A stretch of 59,670 nucleotides of DNA, counting the filler, from Sphacelaria rigidula (Eukaryota): the NCBI GenBank assembly GCA_964200075.2. It is 3 parts of 3 records of this genome, joined end to end, with 100 filler letters (N's around TTAATTAATTAA, not from the genome) between each part and the next. Parts side by side here need not be neighbours in the genome. Positions count along the whole stretch, not along the records: positions 19,929 to 39,749 come from CAXNAA020000605.1; 2 more parts are not named here. One strand, given 5' to 3'. Within the stretch, counting starts at the first letter, position 1; every line of letters begins with the position of its first letter. The notes under the pieces are model-generated. The model worked only from the letters and a program-made list of their open reading frames with translations, was not told the origin of the DNA and made no database searches. The translations under genes and the position numbers were made by a program. This document shows, one piece after another, positions 25,391 through 37,981 of this stretch.

Positions 25391-26852
25391 CTGTTGCATG
25401 AGTGATTATAATACCATGTACAGTAGCACCTTACGTTGGTTCAGTTATCAACGATTTCGGGGACGCACACAAGTCAAAGTGCCCGGGAATTTCTTTTCGC
25501 GTATTTTTTCTAGACAAAAGCACGAACGATCGGTGCCATGCTCGCTTTCTAGTGCTAAATAATCAAAATTGGGAACGTTCAACGACTGAGATGTTTAGAA
25601 AGAGGCAGCGTGTTCAACGAATTACCTGGCTCCATGCGCTCACCCCCGAAATACGCGGCACGATTACATGATATGCTAGGATTGCTTGTGTAATAATGCA
25701 GGTCACTGGGGTGAAAGGGGAGCTTCCCCGGTATAAAACAAGCTGAAACGGTGTTCGCACGCGCAGTGCAGGTGCAACATACGAGCACATTTTAGGATTC
25801 CGTGGGATAAACGGTACGTACGTCTATTGAGCGCAGCCGGATTGAATAAAGTAATCGGTAGGTTGCTGTGCACACCGGCTGCGGAACGTTGGTAGGATTC
25901 GCAATCAATTCGCGAACAGAAAGCAGCACGCACAGTTTTTCCAGCCCTGGCCTGAGAACATGACACTATTCTTAATAGAAGGTTCAAGACATAAACGACA
26001 AGGAAAGTTCCGTCTTTGCTGTTCGCAGAAGACAACTTGCATAATACCACAGCTTCACATTTATTTCTTAATAGTCATCTAGCTACCGTTGAAGATCATC
26101 GTGGCATGCTCGACGATTTCGAGAACGTTCAGTGTTCGGGCAGCGGCTGACTACACTTTTTCAAGACTAACCATCCCATGACTCAAACCCTGAGTATTTC
26201 AATCCTCACTGCTTATGTGGGACGGCTTATGGTGTTTGCTACGATGGCGCTGTGTCCCGCCAGTGGGAGTCACACTTACAGTTTCGCTCACCTTCCGAGC
26301 ATGATGAGATCAAATGGAATATGCACTGGCATTCTCGCGCACGGGGTTTGTCGGTAGGATCTACTCCGGATTTAAGGCCCTTGTTTTCCGAGTATCTTTC
26401 GAAGAGAGGACTCAAAACTTCGTCGAAAAAAGGAAAATCCGCTGATTAATAGCTTTCTCGGGTACTGTTTTGGCTCGAGAAAGCAAACGTCCGCGTCTCT
26501 TTTTACTCTCCTTGATTGACGGTTCGTTTTTTTCAAGTCGGGATAGAAGCAGGAGGTCCGAAATGGAAGAAGAAATAATTGATCGTGGACGATATGACAT
26601 GGTGTTATCACAGTGACTCTTTTTCAGTTGTGGCAATCGAAACACAGCCTCGACAAGTGATGACGCTGACGATGAAAATAGCGACAACGAGGTGTCCAGG
26701 CCAACAATTCAGAGTGGGTTAGCTGCAGCCACACATCGGTTTGCTTCGTTGTACGTCGGTTTGTGTTGCTTTATTTTGTTTCGTTCCATATATTTCCCTT
26801 TTCGTGGGCTCGCACTTGGATCCCGTCACCATTCCGCTCTTGCCGCGTCGTT

Positions 26853-26903
26853 GTGCCGTGCCGTGCCGTGCCGTGCCGTGCCGTGCCGTGCCGTGCCGTG
26901 CCG
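26853..26903. repeat. (GTGCC)n microsatellite
   Basis: About 10 perfect units. Confidence 0.95.
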
Positions 26904-27044
26904 TCCCCGTGCCTTGCCTTGTTCGGTATGCTGACCTGTGTAGTTTCCCTTCCTGTCCTGTTTGGCGTGTTATGACCTGTGTAGCATGCAATGTATATTT
27001 TGTGACCACGGGCGTTAAATTTATGGGAAATTATTAATGTGAGT

Positions 27045-27084
27045 AACAACGACAACGACGGCGGCGGCGGCGGCGGCGACGACG

Positions 27085-27129
<45 letters not shown>

Positions 27130-27164
27130 GCGAGGAAAAGCTGGTTCGCTCAATCCTCTCCCGA

Positions 27165-27231
<67 letters not shown>
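27045..27231. repeat. Compound microsatellite (GGC)n-(AAC)n ... (TGT)n in inverted arrangement
   Basis: (ACA)~15 at ~27083-27128 and (TGT)~22 at ~27164-27231, separated by ~35 nt. Confidence 0.95.
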
Positions 27232-27232
<1 letters not shown>

Positions 27233-27470
27233 GGGCGGCCTCAACACTGCCATGCATGTCGTGTCCATGCCGCGCCGCTGTGAGGAATTGTGACTCAATT
27301 CGCACACATCTTCCACTCCAATAATGCAAAAACATATTCTTAGCGTACCGTATTTTCAAGGGCGTTCTACAGCGTGCCGCTTATATTCCCTTTCCTGTGC
27401 TGCCTTCCCGTACTTGTCTAACTTTTAACAATGCACTTGGTGCAGGGGATAAGCGGTGATCCTCGTCACA

Positions 27471-30400
27471 ATGAAGCGCTGTGGAATAGGAGACGGAGGG
27501 TTCTTGGTATTTGTCGTGGTCGTCTTGTGCGATCTCGGTTTCCGTACTGCTCCTACCCCAGCGGCAGGTGAGCCGTCAGCATCACTAGGGAGCTCCGGGA
27601 CCGACATCAGCACCCCTAGCGCCGTCAGCGTCACCAGCGAGTACCATTCCTGGGATCCCGCCATCTACTTTGATGAAAGATACCCCAACTGCTCTGGAAA
27701 TCACGAATACATTAATGACTCCTTTTGCGATTCGGACCTGAACAATGTGGCGTGTGGCTTCGACGGGGGTGACTGCTGCTGGTGCACCAATCGATATCTA
27801 TACCTTCCCACGATGAACTGTGTCGATCCGGGTGCGCCAACGCTGCTCCACAACTGCCAGGAAACACCGGTCGCCGCCGCCGCTTGCTCCAAGGATACCG
27901 TGCTGGAGTGGGTCGTGGAGGATACCACGTCGGCGGCTGCCTTAGCTCAAGCGGTGAACTGCGCCGGAGGGATGTTTAAGGCTGAATGGCGGGGATTGGT
28001 ACTTATCGACCAGGAGATTCACGTATCGGGAGGAACAGTGCTCAATGTGACGGGCGTTGACTCTACCGCCGAAATATTTGGCAATTCCAGTCATCGCCTT
28101 TTCACCGTCGTGGAAGGTTCTTCGCTGAATTTGGACAACGTCATCCTCAGTGGTGGAGAGGCTACCGCCGGAGGGGCGATTGCGGTGTCAAACTCTCGTC
28201 TCACGTTGGGCAACGTAGCGTTTGCTCGTAATGTAGCCGATACTTTCGGTGGCTCCCTCTACGTCGTGAACGGTACCACAGTGCTCAGCGACGGCCCAAC
28301 AACATTCACACAAAGCGTGGCAGGTGGCAACGGGGGCGCGGTGTATATTGACGGTGGTTCAAGTCTGACCTGGGCCCCCGCGGACGCTCTGGCTTCCGGT
28401 GCTGTCGATGTCAAAGCTAACTCCGCGGTAGCATTCGTGGGTAGCTACAGCGACGGGGCGGGGGGTGCCATGCACGTTGATGGCAGCTCCACTGTGCGGT
28501 GGGAAATGCCCGCCAATTTCTCGAACAATCTGGCAGCCGTGTCGGGTGGTGCTCTGCACGTTACCGGTTGCTCGGAAGTATCGTGGTCGGCGGAAACGGT
28601 TTTCGTCGGAAATGGTGACATACAGAGTATGATCGACACCAGTTTCTCAGACGATTTTCGGACATGGTTTTGGGAAGATTATTTGCAAAGTTTTCCGAGC
28701 TTGGACTTGCTATACGGGGCTGGCGGTGCCTTGTTCCTAGACAACGGCTCGACCGTTTCCTGGGATGCGCAGACGGACTATATCGGCAATATTGCGTATA
28801 CCGGAGGGGCTGTTTTTGTAGGATCTAGCGCCACCTTGTCATGGAGCGCACCAACGGAATTTCGGTCGAATTCCGTGGAAGGCAACGGAGGTGCAGTGGG
28901 CTCTGCTGCTGCTACTGACGCCGAAGACGACAGCCAAATGTCGTCCATTGCCTTCACTGGCCCCACTAAGTTTGTTGAGAACGAGTGCGGTGGAAATGGG
29001 GGAGGTATGGCGGTATCTTCTACGCTGTCAGTGACGTTCGCAACCGAAGATATAGTGTTTTCCGGAAACAAAGCTTCACTCGCTGGCGGGGGCGTGTTCA
29101 TATCAGGTGTAGGCGTTGCGCCTCAATTTGTCGGTGCGAGCTTCCTTTCAAATTCCGCGGCGGTCGGTGGGGGTGTCTACGCCACGTTCAGCGGGAACAC
29201 GGCTCACAGAAGCGAAAGACCGGCTGATTTGGGCAAAATGACGCACAGTCCCACCACATTCGTTCACTGCAATTTTATCGGAAACGAAGCTGTCGAGACG
29301 GGCGGGGCTGTCGAGAGCAGTGCAGGTCGAGCGTTTTTCAACGGAACACGATTTGAAAGGAATAATGCGAGTATTGGAGGGGCGCTAAGACTGACGGGTA
29401 CGACGATCATCGAGGACTGCTCGTTTATTGAGAATGCTTCCAGTGAGGATGAGGGAGCGGCCATATCCAATACCGGTCTGCAGTCGATCACGATCCACTC
29501 GTGCCGTTTTGCCGACAACGTATTCCAGTGTCCTCAGGGGAAGTTTCTAGACTTCGACAAGGTATGCAAATGGCTCGGTTGAATCTCCTTTGATTTGCCC
29601 GTATCCGCGGTGACGTCATTTACTTCACCTGGAGGTGCTAAGGTAACTGAATATTCCACCCGCGAACACGACGTCTCGATGTGTATTTTACCGACAATTG
29701 CCGTGGCTACGTCACCCTGCCGACACACCATCCACCGCCGAAACTTGTATCGTTAGAAACGTCGTCGAGATATGTCGACAAGTAGCATACTATCTGCAGG
29801 ACAGGATGTTACTTCCACAGAAAAGCGAGGTTGGTGTTATCTAAAGTGACGTCTTCTGCTCAGTCGTCGAATTCCGCATTGTGGGACTGAGGTGCGGGCA
29901 TGGAGGGCCACCTGTACTGTGTCGTGTGTACATTTATGTTGATTTGCGGTGGGGAGGCTTTCCACTTCTGTATTTGGCAAGCGGGAGCTGATGACTACTG
30001 GACCAGGTACTGGTGTTGCCTGCTGTGCTCAGGCAAGCGAGAGCTATTCGATTGGGCTAGAAGAGGCTAGGCTACACAGGCGCCAGTCTTACTTCGCGAC
30101 GACCACGTCCCGCACTCGCACTTAATTGACTCGGCCCCTCGTTTGCTTGTGTCGTCTTTTCTAACGAATACAGTCGGTAGCGGGGGGCTATGCCACATTG
30201 CAGCATTTGTGTCACTCGCAGGTATGAGAGGTCTTGTGAGTGAACCCATCCATGCTCGCTTAGATTGAAGTGCCATCATTCCCAACTCGTAGTACACGTC
30301 AACCTCCATCTTCCATTCGCTCCTGACCCTGTTTGCCGCGATGTCGCACATTGACCACCTCATTTCCATCCTGGTCACAAACTCCCATCTACTTTCCGTC

Positions 30401-33400
30401 CCCTTGTAGGTGGGTGATCAGTACGAGACTGTCTGCGACGGGTGCGATTCATCATGCGAAGACTGCACGTTCTCTGGCGACGTGTCATTCTGTATGGATC
30501 AGCTGAATCACTCCACCAGCAAAGGTGGCATTATCACGGTGGAGACCCTGCAAATTCATCCCGGCTATTGGCGCACTACAAACACCAGCAGAGCAGTTCT
30601 GCCGTGCTACAATAAAGAGGCGTGTCTGGGTGGTACAACGGGAACGCCAGACTACTGCGACGAAGGGTACGAAGGGCCATGTGAGTCCCGTGTGCCGACA
30701 CGTGCTGTTTATTGACGCTGCCAGGGAACTCACCGATGGCTAGGATAGGGAGGGGGTGCGACGCGCGGGGCGAGGTCGGTTTGAATGTGCAATCTGCGAA
30801 ACAAGAAACACACATATACTCAGTGTATGGTTGCCGGTAACGGACCACACACCAGTTACCTTTTAAGGCATGCTCGGCCCGTTCCAACACAAGAGTGGGC
30901 ATGTTATTGATCAATCTCAGAAAGCAGAACGAACAAGTGATGGTCAGGTACCGCAGCCTGCAGATAGTAAGAGCCCGGTCACGAATGACCATCCCAAAGC
31001 TGCTCTGCGTGGCGCTTAAGGTGCTTAACTCTCTCTCTCTCGCTCTCTCCTTCTGTCTTCCACGATGTTACACGACTCTCGAATCTCGAAGGCCTTGACA
31101 ATGGGGCAAGGCCTGGGGCTATTGCAGGTGTTGTAGGCCTTGGGGTTGATGTAAACCAGCAGAACAATTGCTTTTGAGTTGCGCAGCATGGGCTACCTAA
31201 CAGTTCTTCGGAACTGTATCTCTCCCATCTCAGCCATCATCCCAGACCTAAGTAGCGGCGGGGTGTCATGCCGCAGCGTTTACTCACACCAAACGGCAAA
31301 GTCGCTGCGGCAGCCCTTTGCGCTGCCCCGAACACGTCCCCCAGCATTTTGCCTTTTGCTACAAGCGAAGAGACTTGAGTTGCACTGAAAATATTCCGGA
31401 TTGGGGGGAACACCCATATGTCTCATACAACATCTATGCCGGGTCATGAGTGTATCACCAAATGATGGCTCTGAGCTATGTACGACACGCTTCCTTGCCT
31501 GCACGTATTCCCCTGCCTCTGCAATCTGATGAAGACAGCATATCGATGAGTTTTATTGCTACCAGAAGCCATAAAACTCTCATCTCGCATGCTACCTCGT
31601 CACCTTACCTAGACGTAAAAACGCAACTCATGACACATGAAGGAAATCACTTACAGGTACCAACATGCCACATCAACCGTCAGGGATGGTCTTGTATTAA
31701 CATAAAACCTCAATCCGGGATGTGTATATCGAAGATGGATATCCATCTATGATAGGATATCATATCCATCTGGGATACCTGTCTGGACTGTGGATATTCC
31801 TCTGAGATATCCATCCGAGATAGAGATATCCATCTGGGATTTGCAGCCAAGCTAGATATCCGTGATGGCCGTCCACATACAAAATGGTTGTCCATGTCCC
31901 AGATGGACATACCAGGTGGACGTTGATATCCCAGATGGATGTTTATATCCCAGTTAAAAGTCCATATCCCAGATTGACATGACAACTTGGATGGGTGTGA
32001 TATCCCAGATGAATATACCAGGTGCACACGATATCCCTGACAGACGTTCCACGATAATGCAGGGCTCCCACAAGAGACTGCCCAATTGTCGGAATTGCGT
32101 TTCCCAACACCCCGTAACTTCCACTTCACTTCTGGGCGCGGTGCATCGCCCTTGAGCTTGCAGTTTTCACCCACTAATCACCCTCTACGCATCCTCTGCG
32201 CCTAGCATGCCCTCTCAGAAAATATGTACCCCTACACTGCATTGTGTACTCCGTACACGCTACGTACTCCGACATCAGCACCACAGTCTTGTGTACAGTG
32301 CTACTACAGACAACCAAGCATTAGGCGGTGGTCGCGTGAGCTGGACTCTCGCTTATCAATATTGATATATTTAGTTCATTTTCGCCGGTTTGGCGACGCA
32401 ACAGCTAAACCGGCAAAATATCCACGGGAATTGATGCGGAGTAAAAAATACTGAAGTTGACTCAATCAGCAAATAAAACCGAGCGGCACCATCGCATTTC
32501 CTATTGAAGTCGTTCTACTCTCCCTCGTATCACGTCCATCTGTTTCCGTCCTTCGCTGTTCCTCTCGACGTCCTTCGAGGTAGGTATAATCTCGATCATG
32601 AACATGAATTTCAGAGCACCAGACCTCAGTACTCATCTGTTTTGAAGCATACAGGCTTCTGTCACTCAAGACCAGACAGCTACGTGGACTCCCCACCATT
32701 CTCAGGCACGTAGCCTTTACCCGCTGTAGCTTTTCATGTCTGACACTTTCTACGATAGCCCCCCCCCAAGAAACCAGCTAAAAGTGTCGACGAAAAAACT
32801 GGCCATACAGCGCCTGATGTTTGGGCTCAGGCCGCATGAAGCGCCTCATATATAGGAGAGCAGTATCCCAACCTCTCTCCCGCGGAGTGAAAGCCAACCT
32901 TATCTATCACCGAGATCAAACACTCACAGAGTTCGTCGATCAGACCCGCAGACCCGCGATCCATGAACCAGCTGTCAACACGCTCACTACGCATTTTACC
33001 GCCTACATTCATGTACCTGACCAAGGTAACGATGTTGGTAAGATTTTGCAAGCACACGCATCAGCAAAAAGATGCACCCCTCCCCTCCCCTTCCCCCCAC
33101 CAATGGCCGTATGATGGCATGCAAGATTATGCGTACGCCCCCGCCCTCCTCCTCTCCTCCCCTACCCCCCAAAGCACCGAGTGGAACCCACGGCACGCGA
33201 CAGATGTGCACTTCTGGCTTTGCGTGTAAGTATGGTGCCAGCACTCAAGGTGCTGATGACATTTTTTGACTGCCATTCATCGTGGAAATGAAAGATAGAA
33301 CGTGCATCGATACATGTGGGTCCTCAAATCCACTTACAATCGATATGTCCTGACATGCTTCCTGTGGCATCAAGTGCGATGCACGCGGACACTGCCGCGC

Positions 33401-36303
33401 GTACTCCACGGAGAACTGTGGTATTGCTAAAGCAGACGATGGTCAGGTACTGGGGACTGTAGGTGGTAAGACACAGTTGCCGATCACCAACCCAAGACTG
33501 CTGTTGCACTCACACAGGGTTAAACATCCGTGAAACTATTTTCCCTGGTCTGAGCAAATTTGTGATTGAGTCTCGGATTGGCCATCGTGTAGGAACCGTA
33601 ATAAACAAACGATGGAGGAGGTACCGGGGTCTATACGTAAGGAGTGCCTAGTCACGAATGACCGAGCTACTTTTTGGTTTGTACCCACATTTGGTTGATG
33701 AGTATGCATTTACCCCTGCTGAACTGGCGTCCATATTCTGTTTTCGAAGCTTGATGTCACTTTGCCTAGCGCATGACCCTTCTCTCTCTCTCTCTCTCTC
33801 TCTTACGATGCTACACGATGCTGCACGATGCTGCACGATGCTGCACGATGCTGCACGACTCCCGAATCTCGGAAACCTTAGCAAGGTCGGTTGCACGGGC
33901 TCCGTCGCAGGTGCTTTAGGCCTTGTGAGTGAGATGTATCACGTTTACTTTTGAAATGAACGGCAGGAGTTGCCTATTGTATATACGCAAGTTTATCTCT
34001 GTGATCTTCGTTGATTTCAGAGTGTATTGTCTCTGGGGAATCAATTCCCCAATACGTACTAACACCCGAGGGGAACGTCACTTCGCCGACCCGTTAGTTT
34101 GTGCTCAGCTTTGACACGCGGATGCGCGAGGGTGCAAGCCAATCTCGCGGAACGGCCGAGCGCCTATTTGATAATCGGCACTTCGCGGATCGAATGGTCC
34201 TCGCTTGTGTACCGCGCTCCCTGAGCGACGTGGCCAATCCAACGGGCACACTGCATAGGCGTGGATGCACGAACAGTTACACGGAAAAATTGCGAACCAC
34301 CTGTCGTTAACCCCCGCCCCCACAACCGTAGACGTCTCTTGTTTAGTGAATCGTGACGTCTAATATCCTGCCCCCCATGACGCCACGCTTGTGTCGTGCA
34401 GATTGTTCTGTTTGCAGCCATGGATTCACGGCGGGTCTTGGCGTGAGCTGTACTGCGTGCTCCACCGAATCAAGCGGCATGGTACTCGCGGTAATCGTGT
34501 TGATCGTAGGTGCAGCGGTGTTGGTGGCCGGGCTTTGGTTTATGATTTTCGGGGAGCGGCAAGCGGTACGCCCCGGGATTGTGTCGGGTATCTCGCGATT
34601 CATACCCTTGCAAGCGATCAAGATCACGATCGTTGCGTGGCAGATATTGACACAGGTGAGTCCTTGTTTTTTCCACCCAGGGGGAACATCCATTGGAATG
34701 GAGTTGGGCTAATTGATGTTGTCCTTCACTCTACCCCTGAAACGACGATCTACGACCTAATTCTGTTCAGGGGAGAGCGGTCGTTGTACTCCGATTATGC
34801 TAACACGTTACCTTTTCGACGCGGTGGTACGGATGGAGCAGAGCTGTGTAGCTGTTTACCACGGTTTCATTGACATGGCACCTGAGGTGTCGCACAAAGG
34901 TTGGCGGCAGGTTATGCATAGTGGCGATTGCCGCACCGCCTTTTGTTCGGTCTTGCCCACAAGCGTCGCGATACGCGGTCAGGCATAAGCTTCTGCCCTT
35001 CTGTTGTGATTGCACATTTGTGAGTTCTTTTCACCTCATACAAGTTTGCTTTTTCCACACACTTCTCGCTGCATGCGTCTTGCCTCGCCGCGCGCATATT
35101 TCCATCAATATCGTACTGTAGTTCGGCTCCGTAGCAAATGTGACATACCCAGGGATCTACCAATCGTTCCTCGACTGGGTGGACATTCTGAACTTCGACT
35201 GGAGCTGGATACTGTCGACAGGGTGCGTTGTCAAACTGGGTTTTCATGACCGTCTACTTTTGACCACCCTCACCCCCCTCGTCGCCATAGCTGTCCTGGG
35301 GTGCACGTACAAGATTGCGGTGCGCAGGGTTCGTGGGGGGTCTGGTGCTGCAGTGACGGAAATCCGCAGGAGGCACTTGTCAATGGTGCTACTTTTGACC
35401 TTCTTAGTGTACTCCTCCGTGTCGTCCATCCTCTTTCAGTCTTTCGCTTGTGAACGGCTGGACGATGGCACCAACTACCTCCGGGCGGACTACCGAATTC
35501 GGTGTGACTCCTTCAAACACAGGGGTCACAAGGTGTTCGCGGGATTCATGTTGATGGTGTACCCCCTCGGCATCCCGTTCCTCTACGGAGTGCTGTTGCA
35601 CAGGAACAGGTTTGATTTGGTGAAGTCGACCGGCCGGGAAGACAACGTGCTGCTAAAGTCCACCACGGACCTGTGGAAACCATACAAGCCCGACCGCTTT
35701 TACTACGAGATCATTGAGTGCGGGCGTCGAGTCATGCTCGCAGGGGTGGTGGTGTTTATCTACCCGAAAACTCCTTCGCAAGTTGCGGTAACTCTGGTGA
35801 TCGCGGTGTTTTTCATGCTGCTCGCTGAGGCGCTCGCGCCCTACGCGTCTAGGTGGGACGTGTGGTTAAGTCGCGCGGGGCATGCCATCGTGTTTCTGAG
35901 CATGTACGAAGCTCTATTACTAAAGGTGGATCTCTCGGAGGAGCGCGGCGGCGGAAAACACATGTTCGCGGTGATTCTGGTTGTTGCGCACATGTGCATG
36001 ATTGCGGCGGTTGCTGTGGAAGCCATCGTCATGATATTTTCTCTGAGCAAGAAACACAACGAAACTTCCGAGCCCCGGATTCGAGGCAGGGGGGTGGTGT
36101 CCTTTGTGTATCCTGTCCAGAAGAGTGAGCAAGGAGACGAGATTTCTAGTGCGTTCGGTTCGAAGGCAGAATTTTGCTCCGCAATGACGAACGGTCTTCC
36201 GTGGAGTGCGTTTGGAACAGACAACGCAGAACCTTGCGCGCAGACGAGGGAGAGCGGTGAAGAGATGAGGTACCAGCACGGTACCGATGACTTCAAGTTA
36301 TAG
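27471..36303 (+). CDS. Adhesin-like / polymorphic membrane protein (Pmp)-repeat surface protein with LNR-like module, Cys-rich linker and ~9-TM C-terminal domain (~1265 aa, 4 exons)
   Basis: Exons 27471-29561 (AAG|gtatgc), 30410-30680 (tag|GTG...CAT|gtgagt), 34402-34655 (cag|AT...CAG|gtgagt) and 35122-36303 (tag|TTC...TAG) join in frame. Hydrophobic N-terminal signal, LNR/Notch-like FCDSDLNNVACGFDGGDCC, many GGA(I/V/L/M) and FxxN repeats, Cys-rich PGYWR...CYNKEACLGG...CDEGYEGPYCSVC, and a TM region containing YLRADYRIRC and LWKPYKPDRFYYEIIECGRR. Confidence 0.92.
31713..32040. repeat. GATATCC/ATCTGGGAT-rich repeat element in adhesin intron 2
   Basis: Dense gatatccatct(g)ggata motifs; a related block lies at 41270-41540. 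Confidence 0.6.
33780..33858. repeat. (CT)n plus (GCACGATGCT)n minisatellite at the head of an intronic repeat also seen at ~31030-31150
   Basis: Direct observation; both sites share downstream cacgactc.cgaatctcg...gcaggtg...taggcctt. Confidence 0.7.
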
Positions 36304-36668
36304 GGATCGATGATGACTCCCCTTGTGGGGGACAAGAAAACACTGTCTTCGATGATACCGAATAATCTGCGGATATCGCGGGGATCCTGTGGAACCTGTG
36401 GAGGTAATACTGTTGGCCCTTTACAAGAAACTAGGAAAGCAGATAATGTCATATCTTTTGATCGTGCGTAATATCTGAGTGTATCAGTATCTAGCGGCCG
36501 CATATCAGGACCTAGGGGCCGCCACCGGTGGTGTGGGTGGTGTGGGTGGTGTGGCGGTTACGTCACAAACCCCATGAAATAGGGTTCGGCTCCCAGCAAG
36601 AATCGTACACTACAATACTGCAAGGGTTTGGAATCAAGACCATCGATTTGATTTCTGTCGTTGACAGC

Positions 36669-36713
36669 ATGAGGACCCTTAGTATTAAAGAAGAGTCGAC
36701 GAAAGTTGACGTG
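36669..36713 (+). CDS. Possible first coding exon (MRTLSIKEESTKVDV) of the DUF4140/4139 gene
   Basis: An ATG follows a cag acceptor, 15 codons follow, then a strong gtaagg donor. The linking DUF4140 exons were not found and an assembly gap lies between. Confidence 0.25.
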
Positions 36714-37909
36714 GTAAGGGAATGCTGCTGATCAAATCCCAGATACGAAAATGTTAGGTATGTACCGGGGTAGAGAGAGGAAAGAGGGATTGACCCCTTG
36801 ATACATGAGTCCGTGGAATCGTCCCTTCAAAGGAGATAGGTGTTTATTCCAACCAAGTACGACAGAAATACCATCACGGTCAATCTTCTTGCCTATGTGC
36901 GTAAGTGAATGTCTGTTTCCCATGTGAGGTGTCGTGCTCGGCGGAAGTGTTAGCGTGCTGTGAAAAGTGTACCTTACTGCCGCAAGGTGACGTATGGGAA
37001 ACAGGATACGAGAAGCAGCGGGCAGGAAGTTGCTTTGGCTGATTGAGTGTCATGTTCGTTTGTGAGTGTAGTGTGTGGTTGCATTGTGATCATAGTATAC
37101 ACTGCTCGTCCTTCCTCGAGTTGGCCGGTGCATGTAGCTCCAGCAAAGAGCATGAGGGAGTCGAGAAGACTGCTGATCCCCTCTTTGCATGACGTTGAAT
37201 CGCTTTCAGATGGCTTCGATTCCCCTTGGACGCCCTAGAAGTCGTGATCGCATGTCTGCTGTTGAGACAGGTTGCAGTTTGCTTGTACTATGTAGCTAAT
37301 ACTTCAGTGGTTGTTTCTCGATACTCTGGGTGAGGTGTGAGAGTTTTTTAGCGCAGCTGCTTTATGCTGTCAAAACGCCTCGAGTATTTCTCGTGTGGTG
37401 ACTTCAGCTTTAAGCGCAAGTTCCCCCTCCATCATGCTTGTTTCCTTGTGTTTGTGTCATTGGCGTCCTTGTATCATGTTCCATATTTTATGTTTGCCTA
37501 TATGCGATCATACGTGAAGCTCGTCGCGAAGTTTTGTATATTTCTCTCACCTTTGTCGTTAGATTGATCTTAAAGTTAGGGCTGTTGGGCAGTTGGGGTA
37601 GGTCAAATGACAGGAAGTTGGTGGGCTAAAATTTCGGTTTTGTTCACACCGGAGTTTAGCGCATCTTAGGCGAGTGTATGCATGGGTAGGGCGCTTTCTC
37701 TTCTACTATACTTGTGCGACGCAAAAACTGTCCCTGGCGCAAATAAAGGGGACCTGTCTCCTTTGCCGCGAGTAAACACGTAGACAGTTCTATACGCCTT
37801 TTCGGTGTTACGATCAAGTTGTTTTCTGCTTTGCAGGTAGTATTTTCTCTCCGTCTCACCTGTTATAGCAGGGTTTAACGCTATACATGCGTTGCTTCGG
37901 CACCACTCT

Positions 37910-37943
37910 CTTGTTTGTTTGTTTGTGTTGTTTGTGTTGTTTG

Positions 37944-37978
<35 letters not shown>

Positions 37979-37981
37979 GTG
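37910..37981. repeat. (TGT/TTTG)n microsatellite
   Basis: Direct observation. Confidence 0.9.

Noticed and set aside
26692..27359. ORFs with polyQ, polyC, polyN, polyT and ARHGT repeats
   Set aside because: These are translations of microsatellites.
35841..36503. 220-aa minus-strand ORF and other antisense ORFs over exons (e.g. 16197-16769)
   Set aside because: These are shadow ORFs opposite GC-rich coding exons.
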